NCBI GenBank assembly: GCA_001443455.1
Contig: LDXO01000001.1
Location: 3,102-67,101 of the forward strand
DNA length: 64,000 nucleotides
From: Deltaproteobacteria bacterium CSP1-8
GTDB lineage: Bacteria; Desulfobacterota; Deferrimicrobia; Deferrimicrobiales; Deferrimicrobiaceae
Direction of reading: 5' to 3'
This document shows positions 1 through 8,575 of the stretch, in pieces. The notes under the pieces are model-generated. The model was not told where the DNA came from, did no database searches, and saw only the letters and a list, made by a program, of their open reading frames with translations. A program made the position numbers and the translations under genes. Positions within the stretch are counted from its first letter, which is position 1. The number at the start of each line of letters is the position of its first letter.

Positions 1-692
1 AAGCGGCGGGGAGCCCCGGTCTCCCCGTCGCCGACTACCGCCTGGCGGCGCGCGCCCCCTCCGGGCGCGGGGTCTACTCCTTCTGCATGTGCCCCGGGGG
101 CGAGGGGATGACCGCCTCCTCGGGGCCGGGGGAACTGCCGGTGAACGGGATGAGCTCCCATGCGAGGAACTCGGGGTTCGCCAACAGCGGGATCGTGGCG
201 GCCGTCACGGAGGAGGATTTCGGGACGGGCGACGTCCTGGCAGGCGTCGAACTGCAGAGGACCCTCGAGGCCCGCGCGTTCCGGAAAGGCGGAGGGGATT
301 TCGGCGTCCCCGCCATGAACCTGTCGGCGTTCCTCACGGGGAAAAACCTCAACCTCTCCCGGGGGAGGGCGCTTGCCCCCCGGGTCGTGCGGGCGAACCT
401 GGCCGGCATCCTGCCGCCCCGGGTGGAGGCGGACATCCGGTACGGGCTGGGGAGGTTCGGGGAGTCGATGCGCGGGTTCCTCTCCCAGGAGGGAACCCTG
501 TACGCGGTCGAGTCCCGCACCTCCTCCCCCGTGCGCATCGATCGGGAGAATTATGAGTCGGTTACGGTAAAAGGGCTGTATCCTGTGGGAGAGGGGGCGG
601 GGCACGCGGGCGGGATCGTCTCTTCCGCCGTGGACGGGATCCGCGCGGCGCTCCGCATCCTGGAGATATACTCCGGCCAAAGGACGGGATAG
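1..692 (+). CDS. FAD-dependent dehydrogenase (COG2509-like), 5'-partial; the open frame runs from the window edge with no upstream stop
   Basis: Frame 3 is open from nt 3. C-terminal motif 'KGLYPVGEGAGHAGGIVSSAVDGIRAA' is typical of the uncharacterised FAD-dependent dehydrogenase family. Ends at TAG 690-692. Confidence 0.55.
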   Translation, partial: AAGSPGLPVADYRLAARAPSGRGVYSFCMCPGGEGMTASSGPGELPVNGMSSHARNSGFANSGIVAAVTEEDFGTGDVLAGVELQRTLEARAFRKGGGDFGVPAMNLSAFLTGKNLNLSRGRALAPRVVRANLAGILPPRVEADIRYGLGRFGESMRGFLSQEGTLYAVESRTSSPVRIDRENYESVTVKGLYPVGEGAGHAGGIVSSAVDGIRAALRILEIYSGQRTG

Positions 693-695
693 GCG

Positions 696-1658
696 ATGCC
701 CAAGACGAAGTTCGTGAAGGACATCCAGGAAGGGGAGCAGGTCAAGGACCTTTTCCTGGTAGCCAACAAGGCGTTGCTTTCCAGCAACTCCGGGAAGCCG
801 TACATCAACCTCTCCCTGCGCGACCGGACCGGCCAGATGGAGTGCCGCGTCTGGGACCGCGCCGAAGAGATCGCGAAGCGGTTCGACCGGGACGACATCG
901 TGGAGGCGACCGGGAGCGCCATCCTGTACCAGGGTCGTATCCAGCTCAAGGTGCACGACGTCCGGAATGTGGAGGGGGAGGCGGACCTCTCCGATTATCT
1001 CCCCGTGACCCGGAAGGGGATCGACTTCCTCTGGGAAGAGCTGCAGGCGCTGGTGAGGGAATGCAAGGATCCGGATCTCTCCCGCCTGCTCAGGCGGGTC
1101 TTCCCGGACCCCCCGGCAACGGAGACGGCGCAGCGGTTCCGGCAGGCCCCGGGGGGGAAAAGCATGCACCACGACTACATCGGCGGGCTTCTGGAGCACA
1201 CGGTGTCGGTCGCCGCGATCTGCCGGTTCCTGTCCGGGCATTACCCGGGAGTGGACGCGGACTTGCTGATCGCCGGCGCGCTCCTCCACGACATCGGGAA
1301 GGTGGGGGAGCTCTCCTACGAGGGGGCGTTCGACTACACGGACGAGGGTCGTCTGCTCGGCCACCTGTACATGGGCGCCGAGTGGGTAGCCGGGGAGTGC
1401 GCGCGGATCGAGGGGTTCCCCGCCGACAAGACGATGCTCGTCAAGCACATGATCCTCTCCCACCACGGGGAGCTCGAGTACGGTTCCCCGAAACGGCCCA
1501 AAACGCTCGAGGCGATCCTTTTGCACTTCGTCGAGAACATGGACTCGAAGGCCAACGCTTTCCTCGAGGCGATGGAAGACCTGCGGGAAGGGGCGACCTG
1601 GACCGACTACCAGCGGATGTTCGAGAGGTACCTGTTCGCGGGAAAGAAAAGCAGGTAG
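696..1658 (+). CDS. yhaM: 3'-5' exoribonuclease YhaM-like (N-terminal OB-fold plus HD phosphohydrolase domain)
   Basis: 320 aa. HD-domain motifs 'HHDYIGGLLEHT' and 'LLHDIGK'; N-terminal OB-fold region. Length and layout match YhaM. Confidence 0.65.
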   Translation: MPKTKFVKDIQEGEQVKDLFLVANKALLSSNSGKPYINLSLRDRTGQMECRVWDRAEEIAKRFDRDDIVEATGSAILYQGRIQLKVHDVRNVEGEADLSDYLPVTRKGIDFLWEELQALVRECKDPDLSRLLRRVFPDPPATETAQRFRQAPGGKSMHHDYIGGLLEHTVSVAAICRFLSGHYPGVDADLLIAGALLHDIGKVGELSYEGAFDYTDEGRLLGHLYMGAEWVAGECARIEGFPADKTMLVKHMILSHHGELEYGSPKRPKTLEAILLHFVENMDSKANAFLEAMEDLREGATWTDYQRMFERYLFAGKKSR

Positions 1659-1700
1659 GCGGCCCCGCGGGGGAGGCGAAGACGGAAGGAGTCGGTTGTC

Positions 1701-2597
1701 ATGGACCGGAGAAAGACGGTGTTCTGGATCATCGGGCTTGTGGTTCTGTGCCTCGGGTCCCCGCTCTTCGCCCAGGAAGGAGCGAACCCGGGGAAAAGGA
1801 ACTTCCTCTGGAAAGTCCGGTCGGAGACTGCCACCGCCTACCTGCTGGGATCGATTCACCTGCTGAAGCCGGACATGTACCCCCTGGACCGGAAGATCGA
1901 GGAGGCCTTCGATCGGTCCGGCGTCCTTGTCGTGGAAACCAACGTCCGGGACGGGGCGGGGGAAGAACGGCAAAAGCGGATGCTTACGGGCGCCCTCTAT
2001 CCCGGTGACGACACAATCAGGAACCACCTCTCGCAGGAGACGTACGACCTGTTGAGGCGGCGGTTCCCAGAGCTTTCCCTGGACCGCGTGGGACGGTTCA
2101 AGCCGTGGGCCCTCGCGATGACCATCGCCGTGCTGGAGTATCAGAAGATGGGGTTGAACTACAATCACGGGATCGACGTCTACTTTCTCGACAAGGCGTC
2201 GAACGGGAAACGGATCCGGGAGATCGAGCGTCCCGATTCCGTGATCGACATGCTGAACGGGTTTTCCGACGAGCACCAGGACCTGTTTCTCCAGTACACC
2301 CTCCTGGACCTGGACCAGGTCAGGGAAAAGACGGACCGGATCCTCCGCGCGTGGAGCGACGGCGATGCGGCGACCCTGGAAAAGATCCTCTCCGAGAGCA
2401 TTCACGGACACCCCCGCCTGACGCCCATCTTCGACGCCCTCTTCACCAAGAGGAACGCGACCATGGCCGCGAAGATCGAGGGGTACCTGAGGGAGACGGG
2501 GGAATTCTTCGTCGTCGTGGGGGCCGGCCACCTCGTGGGGGAGAAGGGGATCGTCGAACTGCTGAAAAGGAAGGGGTTCCCCGTCGAGCAGCAGTAG
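1701..2597 (+). CDS. TraB/GumN family protein (secreted)
   Basis: 298 aa with signal peptide 'VFWIIGLVVLCLGSPLFAQ'. 'FLWKV...TAYLLGSIH' and 'GAGHLVG' blocks are characteristic of TraB/GumN. Confidence 0.55.
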   Translation: MDRRKTVFWIIGLVVLCLGSPLFAQEGANPGKRNFLWKVRSETATAYLLGSIHLLKPDMYPLDRKIEEAFDRSGVLVVETNVRDGAGEERQKRMLTGALYPGDDTIRNHLSQETYDLLRRRFPELSLDRVGRFKPWALAMTIAVLEYQKMGLNYNHGIDVYFLDKASNGKRIREIERPDSVIDMLNGFSDEHQDLFLQYTLLDLDQVREKTDRILRAWSDGDAATLEKILSESIHGHPRLTPIFDALFTKRNATMAAKIEGYLRETGEFFVVVGAGHLVGEKGIVELLKRKGFPVEQQ

Positions 2598-2608
2598 CGT
2601 CGAACCGG

Positions 2609-3979
2609 TTACCCCACTTCGTCGAAAGATCGCAGCCGGAAATGGACGCCTTCGATCGACTCCGCCAGGCGTCGCACCGCTTCGTGGTCCAGGCCGGGAA
2701 GGGCCACCGCGGTTGCTGTGACCGAGGGAACGTGCCTGGGCGCTTCCCGGAGGAAGTCGAGGAGGGCCGGGAAGGACGCCTCGCCGTACCGGTTCGGGCA
2801 GATCCGGGCGTACGTCGGGGCGTCGGGGGCGTTGAGGGAAACGGAGAGGGCATCCACCAGCCCGGCGAGCTCCGGCAGGACGTTGCGCCCGTGCACGAGG
2901 TTTGCCAACCCGTCGGTGTTGACCCGGACGAAAGCCCCCTTCGCCTTGAGCAGGGCCGCGATCTCCTTGACCTCCTGCAGCCGGAGGAGGGGCTCCCCGA
3001 ACCCGCAGAAGACGACCTCGTCGTACGCGGTGGGGTCGCCGACCTCCGCGATCACCTGTTCCACGCCGGGTTCCCCGGGAAGCTTCAGGTAATGCCCCTT
3101 CACGTGAAAATCACCCCGCTTCGCGCAGAACGTGCAGATGTTGGTGCACCGGTTGGTGATGTTCAGGTACAGGGAGTTCCGGATCCGGTATGCGACACGG
3201 ACCTCCTCGTCGACGGGAATCCGGAAGATCCGCTTCGCGTTCATCGTGGTGACGCGGGCCACGTCCTCGACGGACAACCCCTTGATCTCGGCAATCCGTT
3301 TCGCCACGAGGGGGACGTACGAGGGTTCGTTCGTCCTTCCCCGGTGCGGTACCGGGGCCAGGAACGGGCTGTCGGTCTCGATGAGCAGCTTCGCAAGCGG
3401 CAGATGGCGGACCGCCTCCGCCTGGGTCTCGGACCCCTTGTAGGTGATTGCCCCGGGGAGGGAGATGAGAAAATTCATCCCGATCGCCCGGCGCGCCATC
3501 GCCAGATCCCCGGAGAAGCAGTGGATGATCCCCCCCACCTCGGAGGCCCTCTCCTCCGAAAGGATGGCGAGCGTCTCCTCGTGGGCGTCCCGGTCGTGGA
3601 CGACGACGGGAAGATTCCGCTTCCGGGCGAGGCGCACCTGCTCCCGGAACGAGGCCCGCTGCGCGTCCCTCGGCGACCGGTCCCGGAAGAAGTCGAGCCC
3701 TGTTTCGCCGACCGCGACCACCTTGTCGCACCGCGAGAGGCGGTCGAGCCGCTCAAGGAGCTCATCCGAGCACCCGGAGGCGTCGTGCGGGTGGAGCCCC
3801 ACGGCCGCATAGACCCCGCCGTGACGGTGGGCGATCTCGATCGCCCTCTCGTCGCTCCCCGGGTGGATCCCGATCGTGACGATGTGGGTGACCCCCGCCT
3901 CGCGGGCGCGGCGGACGACGTCGTCCTCCTCGTCGCAGAGCGGTGGAAGATCCAGGTGGGCGTGTGTGTCGAAAAACAT
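2609..3979 (-). CDS. tatD: TatD-family metal-dependent hydrolase fused to a C-terminal TatD-associated radical SAM domain
   Basis: 456 aa. N-terminus 'MFFDTHAHLD...' with the TatD His/Asp/Glu metal-ligand pattern (~255 aa). C-terminal ~200 aa carries a CX3CX2C motif 'CTNICTFC' plus glycine-rich SAM-binding blocks, resembling the normally separate TatD-linked radical SAM family. Confidence 0.75.
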   Translation of the reverse strand: MFFDTHAHLDLPPLCDEEDDVVRRAREAGVTHIVTIGIHPGSDERAIEIAHRHGGVYAAVGLHPHDASGCSDELLERLDRLSRCDKVVAVGETGLDFFRDRSPRDAQRASFREQVRLARKRNLPVVVHDRDAHEETLAILSEERASEVGGIIHCFSGDLAMARRAIGMNFLISLPGAITYKGSETQAEAVRHLPLAKLLIETDSPFLAPVPHRGRTNEPSYVPLVAKRIAEIKGLSVEDVARVTTMNAKRIFRIPVDEEVRVAYRIRNSLYLNITNRCTNICTFCAKRGDFHVKGHYLKLPGEPGVEQVIAEVGDPTAYDEVVFCGFGEPLLRLQEVKEIAALLKAKGAFVRVNTDGLANLVHGRNVLPELAGLVDALSVSLNAPDAPTYARICPNRYGEASFPALLDFLREAPRHVPSVTATAVALPGLDHEAVRRLAESIEGVHFRLRSFDEVG

Positions 3980-4190
3980 CGGAGTGAGCGCTTTCTACGG
4001 GAAGACTGGATGGTCTGTCCCGGAAATAGGGCGAAGCACCGAGAGCGTCGATGCGCCGGGCCAGCAAGGCGCACGACTGAGGCGTACTGCTGGATGGTAC
4101 GCCGCAAGAAGTGCAACGATGCTGGGGCGGATGCAGCGGCGCTCGAATGCCGGCATATTGACGGGACGGGCCATTCAGTCTTCGATCCGG
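3961..4190. repeat. Partial, inverted copy of the interspersed repeat family (S/Y modules) in the tatD-metG intergenic region
   Basis: Minus strand of 4030-4090 matches 24245-24300. 'ggcgtactgctggatggtacgccgcaag' resembles 'ggcgtacggtcagtacgccgcacaag' at ~23950. The spurious ORFs 3475..4116(-) and 24011..25207(+) share the peptide 'YASV(V/A)RLAG(P/A)AHRRSRC'. Confidence 0.6.
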
Positions 4191-5707
4191 GGAAAGGCGA
4201 TCACGGATCGGGGGAGTGTGGCCCCGACGCGCAAGCCCCCCCAACGGCCCGCCTCGGAAAGGGTCGCCTTCTCCACGCGGCCGTCGCACCCGAGCGCCTC
4301 CCACATCCTCTGTGCGGCCGTGGGGATGAACGGGGACATCAGCAGGACGGAGACCCTTGCCGCCTCGAGGGCGTGGTAGAGGACGGTCCCGAGCCGGTTC
4401 TTCCTCGCGGGGTCCTTCGCCAGGGCCCAGGGGGCGTTCGTGTCGATGTACCGGTTCGCCGCGTCGGACAGGTTCAGCACGGCCGCGAGCACCTTGTGGA
4501 ACTCCACCTCTTCCATCGCCGCGTCCGCGGCGGGCAGGATCTCGCGGCCGGCGCAAAGAAGCCCCTCGTCGGAAAGTTCGGGCGCGGAGGGGGAGGGGAC
4601 GACGGAGCCGAAGTATTTCGCCAGCATGTTGAGCGACCGGTTCAGAAGATTTCCCAGGTTGTTCGCGAGGTCGGAGTTGATCCGGTCCACGAGCGCCTTC
4701 CTCGAGAAGTCGCCGTCCTTGCCGAACGGCACCTCGCGGAGAAGGAAGTAGCGGAAGGCGTCGGCCCCGTACTTCTCCACCATCTCGTACGGGTCGACCA
4801 CGTTGCCCAGCGACTTGCTCATCTTCTGCCCCTCGACGGTCCACCATCCGTGTGCGAAGACGCCCAGGGGAGGCTCGATGCCGGCGGACATGAGGAACGC
4901 CGGCCAGTAGATGGCGTGGAACCGGAGGATGTCCTTCCCGACCATGTGGACGTCGGCCGGCCAGAACGTGTCGAACGCCTCGGTACGCTTCGGGTATCCC
5001 AGCCCCGTGATGTAGTTCGTCAGGGCGTCGTACCAGACGTAGATGACGTGCCCGTCCGCCCCGGGGACCGGGATTCCCCACGTAAGCGAGGTGCGCGACA
5101 CGGACAGGTCGGTAAGCCCCGCCTCGACGAAGGCGATGACCTCGTTCCGCCGGCTCTCCGGGCGGATGAACCTCGGGTTCCTTTCGTAGTACCCGAGGAG
5201 CGGCTTCTGGAACTTCGAGAGCCGGAAGAAATACGATGGCTCCTTCCGCTTTTCCGCCGGCCGCCGGCAATCCGGGCACGTTCCGTCGACCAGCTGCAGG
5301 TCGGTCCAGTACGACTCGCAGGGCGTGCAGTACCATCCCTCGTAGGCGCCCAGGTAGATGTCTCCGTTGGCGTGCGATTTCCGGAAGATGTCCTGGACGG
5401 AGGCGTAGTGGCGCGGCTCGGACGTCCGGATGAAGCCGTCGTTGCTGATGGTGAGCGCCGACGAGAGCCCCTGGAAGCGGGTGACGACGCGGTCGGCGAG
5501 TTCCTTCGGGGGGATCCCCTGCTGCGTCGCGCTCTTGTTCACCTTCTCCCCGTGCTCGTCGGTCCCCGTGAGGAAGAAGACCTTCTGCCCCTTCATCCGG
5601 TGCCACCGGGCGAGGGCGTCGCACGCGATCGTCGTGTAGGCGTGCCCGATGTGCGGGACGTCGTTCACGTAGTAGATCGGGGTCGTGATGTAGAACGTTT
5701 CCTTCAC
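4175..5707 (-). CDS. metG: Methionine--tRNA ligase (short form, no C-terminal tRNA-binding extension)
   Basis: 510 aa. 'HIGH' motif as 'PHIGHAYT', 'KMSKS' motif present, zinc-knuckle cysteines 'CTPCESYW...CPDC'. Confidence 0.92.
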   Translation of the reverse strand: MKETFYITTPIYYVNDVPHIGHAYTTIACDALARWHRMKGQKVFFLTGTDEHGEKVNKSATQQGIPPKELADRVVTRFQGLSSALTISNDGFIRTSEPRHYASVQDIFRKSHANGDIYLGAYEGWYCTPCESYWTDLQLVDGTCPDCRRPAEKRKEPSYFFRLSKFQKPLLGYYERNPRFIRPESRRNEVIAFVEAGLTDLSVSRTSLTWGIPVPGADGHVIYVWYDALTNYITGLGYPKRTEAFDTFWPADVHMVGKDILRFHAIYWPAFLMSAGIEPPLGVFAHGWWTVEGQKMSKSLGNVVDPYEMVEKYGADAFRYFLLREVPFGKDGDFSRKALVDRINSDLANNLGNLLNRSLNMLAKYFGSVVPSPSAPELSDEGLLCAGREILPAADAAMEEVEFHKVLAAVLNLSDAANRYIDTNAPWALAKDPARKNRLGTVLYHALEAARVSVLLMSPFIPTAAQRMWEALGCDGRVEKATLSEAGRWGGLRVGATLPRSVIAFPRIED

Positions 5708-5744
5708 CTGTGCGTGCCTCCCGGTGCCAGGTGCTCGCGGGCGG

Positions 5745-5893
5745 CTTCCTCTCCGCTACGCTCGCGACCTTCGCCCGCTCGCTGCCGGTTCCGCTCGACC
5801 CAATTCACCGGGGACATTCCAAGGGGGGACATTCCTATATCGAGTACTGAGTTGAGGATTGTCCCCCCCCCAGCGCTCAGGAGTGTCCCCGCC
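5745..5893. repeat. Copy of the interspersed repeat family: G module (reverse orientation) plus P hairpin module
   Basis: 'gcttcctctccgctacgctcgcgacc...cgctcgacccaatt' is the reverse complement of the G module seen at 8415-8490 and 60225-60310. It is followed by duplicated 'GGGGACATTCC' half-sites and 'GGA(T/G)TGTCCCC' arms. Confidence 0.65.
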
Positions 5894-5895
5894 CA

Positions 5896-6642
5896 TTAAC
5901 TCTCCTCCTCGTCGCCGAACCGGAACGAGAGGTCCTCCGTCCCCTCGACGGCGGGAGCCTGCCGCCCGTCCGGGGCCGCGGCGCATGTCCCGCACGCCTT
6001 GTTCCGGGCGTATGATTCGTGCTCGTAAATGAGGCAGCACATCAGCCTGCCGCACACTCCGGAGAGTTTCGCCGGGTTGAGCGCGAGCCCCTGGTCCTTG
6101 GCCATCCTCACGGTGATCGGCTCGAAATCGGAAAGATGGGAAGAGCAGCAGAGCTCCTTGCCGCAAGGTCCGACTCCCCCCACCATCCTCGCCTCGTCGC
6201 GTACGCCGACCTGGCGCATCTCGATGCGGGTTCGCAGTTCGTGGGCCAGGTCCTTGACCAGTTCCCGGAAGTCGATCCGGCCGTCCGCCGTGAAGTAGAA
6301 GATCGACTTGCTCCGGTCCAGGAGAACCTCGGTCCGCACGAGCTTCATCGGGAGTTTTCTCGTCCCGATCCGGGAAAGGCAAAAGGCGTGGGCATCCGCC
6401 TCGCGCTTCCCGTTTTCCCGGTGGGCGTGCAGGTCGTCGGCGGAGGCCGCCCGGACCACCTTCGGGAACGAGGTTTTTTGCGAGGCGAGGGAGACGTTGT
6501 CGATCCGCTGGACGACTTCGCCCAGGATCGGCCCGCGCTCCGTCATCACGACCACGTAGTCCCCCTTCCCGAGGGGAATCCCGGTGCAGTCGTAGTGGTT
6601 CATCTTGCAGACCCCCCGGAGCCTGATTCCCGCCAGATCCAT
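5896..6642 (-). CDS. ricT: PSP1 C-terminal domain protein (RicT/YaaT-like)
   Basis: Starts at 'MDLAGIRLRG' (ATG 6642), 9 nt after the holB stop. The conserved Cys cluster 'GPCGKELCC...CGRLMCCL' is typical of PSP1/YaaT. The upstream in-frame extension of the 588-aa ORF was rejected. Confidence 0.7.
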   Translation of the reverse strand: MDLAGIRLRGVCKMNHYDCTGIPLGKGDYVVVMTERGPILGEVVQRIDNVSLASQKTSFPKVVRAASADDLHAHRENGKREADAHAFCLSRIGTRKLPMKLVRTEVLLDRSKSIFYFTADGRIDFRELVKDLAHELRTRIEMRQVGVRDEARMVGGVGPCGKELCCSSHLSDFEPITVRMAKDQGLALNPAKLSGVCGRLMCCLIYEHESYARNKACGTCAAAPDGRQAPAVEGTEDLSFRFGDEEES

Positions 6643-6650
6643 TTCGGAAC

Positions 6651-7631
6651 CTATCCCTTCCCGTGAAATTCGAACAAAAATGCCTCCACCATGAGCTGTT
6701 TTTGCGCCTGAGGAGGCATGCGAGACATGGAGAGAAGCGCCCGGAGCGCCCGGCTCCACCCTTCCGTAGTCTTCTGGCCGGCGACGGCCCGCAGCGCGTT
6801 CTTCAAATCCTCGTTTATTATACCCATTTCCGCGCCGGAAGATAGTAGGGCGAGGTCCCGCACGATGGAGAGGGGGGGTGCGACCTTCCGCGAGATGTCC
6901 CCCGTACCTCTCCACGACGCTGCGGCTGCGATGATGGCAGCCGGGTCGGGGGAGGACAGGAGGCTGACCCACTTTTCCCGCTCGCCTTCGGCCTCCTCCA
7001 GCACCTCGAGCGCCCTTCCGGGGCTTCCCCCCGAGCAGGCCGCCGCGCCGCGGAGGTCTTCGGGGGAATGGCGATCGCCGACCCCGGGGATGCCTGCAAG
7101 GATCTCCTCCACCTCCCTCGCCGAAAGGGGGGAGAAGGAGACCTTCTGGCAGCGGGAGACGATCGTGGGGGGGAGGCGGGAGATCTGGTGCGCCACGAGC
7201 AGAAGGTGCGTCCCCGGCGGAGGCTCCTCGAGCGTCTTGAGGAGCGCGTTTGCGGCCTGGACGGTCATCCGGTCGGCCGGAGCGATGACGACGGCGCGCG
7301 GGCGATCCGAGAACGCCTTCAGCGACAACTCCGCCTGGAGGCGCCGGATCCCGTCGATCAGGATGTGCTGGTTCTCCGGCGAGACGGGCAGGAAGTTCGG
7401 GTGGGATCCCGAGGAGAGAAGCCGGCAGTCGTGGCACATCCCGCACCCGCCCGCCGGCCCCCGGTGGCGGCAGAAGAGGGCCGAAACGAAGGCAAGGGCC
7501 GCCTTCTCCTTCCCGATCCCCTCTTCCCCGAAGAACAGCAGGCCCGGGGGGACGTTCCCGGACTCGAGGTAGCGCACCAGGAGGGCCACCGCCCGGTCCT
7601 GCCCCCGTATGCCCCCGAAGATCCTCACCAT
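6651..7631 (-). CDS. holB: DNA polymerase III subunit delta'
   Basis: Start chosen at 'MVRIFGGIRGQDRAV' (ATG 7631), overlapping the tmk stop as ATGA. P-loop-like 'GEEGIGK', Zn-module 'CGMCHDC', 'SRC' sensor motif. Confidence 0.75.
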   Translation of the reverse strand: MVRIFGGIRGQDRAVALLVRYLESGNVPPGLLFFGEEGIGKEKAALAFVSALFCRHRGPAGGCGMCHDCRLLSSGSHPNFLPVSPENQHILIDGIRRLQAELSLKAFSDRPRAVVIAPADRMTVQAANALLKTLEEPPPGTHLLLVAHQISRLPPTIVSRCQKVSFSPLSAREVEEILAGIPGVGDRHSPEDLRGAAACSGGSPGRALEVLEEAEGEREKWVSLLSSPDPAAIIAAAASWRGTGDISRKVAPPLSIVRDLALLSSGAEMGIINEDLKNALRAVAGQKTTEGWSRALRALLSMSRMPPQAQKQLMVEAFLFEFHGKG

Positions 7632-8284
7632 CCGAGTCGAGCCGCCACCCATCCCCGCACATGGCGGAATACCTCGTCGGCCGGGGGCGCTCCGTCGATC
7701 CGGACGATCCGGTCCGGATGCCCTGCCTGCAGGCGGAGGTACCCCTCCCGGACCTTCCGGTGGAACTCGATCGTCTCGGACTCGATGCGGTCCGGCCGCG
7801 TCCCCCGGCCGGGGAGGCGCAGAAATCCGGCTTCGGGGTCGATGTCGAAGAGGAAGGTGAGGTCCGGGACGAGCCCCCCGGAGGCGAAGGCGTTCATCTC
7901 CTCGATCCGCGCGTCGTCGATCCCGCGGGAAAACCCCTGGTAGGCGGAGGTGGCGTCGAAGAAGCGGTCGCACAGGACGGCTTTCCCGGAGGTGAGGGCG
8001 GGGAGGATGAACGCGCGGACATGCTGGGCGCGCGCCGCCTCGTAGAGGAGCAGCTCGGTCTCGGGGAAGACGCGCTCTTCGCGCGGAGAGAGCAGGAGCC
8101 GACGGATCTCGTCGGCCACGGGAGTTCCTCCCGGCTCGCGGGTCACGACGTGGGGGATCCCTTGCCCTGCGAGATATTCCGACAGAAGACCCAGTTGCGT
8201 GGTCTTGCCGGATCCCTCGATTCCCTCGAACGTGACGAACGGAGCCCGAGCCAACCCCAATGATCCCCCTCGAGGATGCGTCAA
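7625..8284 (-). CDS. tmk: Thymidylate kinase
   Basis: 219 aa. P-loop 'FEGIEGSGKTT', DRF/Y motif 'CDRFFDATSAYQG', lid region. The true start may be an internal GTG/TTG. Confidence 0.85.
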   Translation of the reverse strand: MTHPRGGSLGLARAPFVTFEGIEGSGKTTQLGLLSEYLAGQGIPHVVTREPGGTPVADEIRRLLLSPREERVFPETELLLYEAARAQHVRAFILPALTSGKAVLCDRFFDATSAYQGFSRGIDDARIEEMNAFASGGLVPDLTFLFDIDPEAGFLRLPGRGTRPDRIESETIEFHRKVREGYLRLQAGHPDRIVRIDGAPPADEVFRHVRGWVAARLGW

Positions 8285-8328
8285 AGGAGAAATCCTACCG
8301 CGTCGGGGACCCCGGAGGAAGACCTACT

Positions 8329-8575
8329 GCAGCGTCTCGCAAATCCATGGACCATCGAGTCCGTCTCCGCGCACAGGGCGCTGCGGGGGGTTCCTCGCAG
8401 CGGCCTGTGGAGCGAGGGAGAAATTGCGTCGAGCGGAACCGGCAGCGAGCGGGCGCAAGGTCGCGAGCGTAGCGAGAGGAAGCCCCCCGCGAGCCCGTGC
8501 GCGGAATTGCCGCCTGTCCGGGGCTATCCCGGCGGCGGATCGGTGCGTCAATCCATTTACGAGACGCTGCATTAG
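8329..8575. repeat. MITE-like element bounded by ~20-bp terminal inverted repeats, carrying the G module
   Basis: Left end 'TGCAGCGTCTCGCAAATCCATGG' and right end 'CCATTTACGAGACGCTGCA' are inverted copies of each other. The interior 'aaattgcgtcgagcggaaccggcagcgagcgggcgcaaggtcgcgagcgtagcgagaggaagcc' recurs at 5745, 60225 and 63385. Confidence 0.7.

Noticed and set aside
2105-5899. 1264-aa ORF on the plus strand spanning tatD, metG and the repeat region
   Set aside because: It runs antisense or out of frame to three well-supported genes. The translation is low-complexity R/G/P-rich, typical of stop-poor frames in high-GC DNA. No domain signal.
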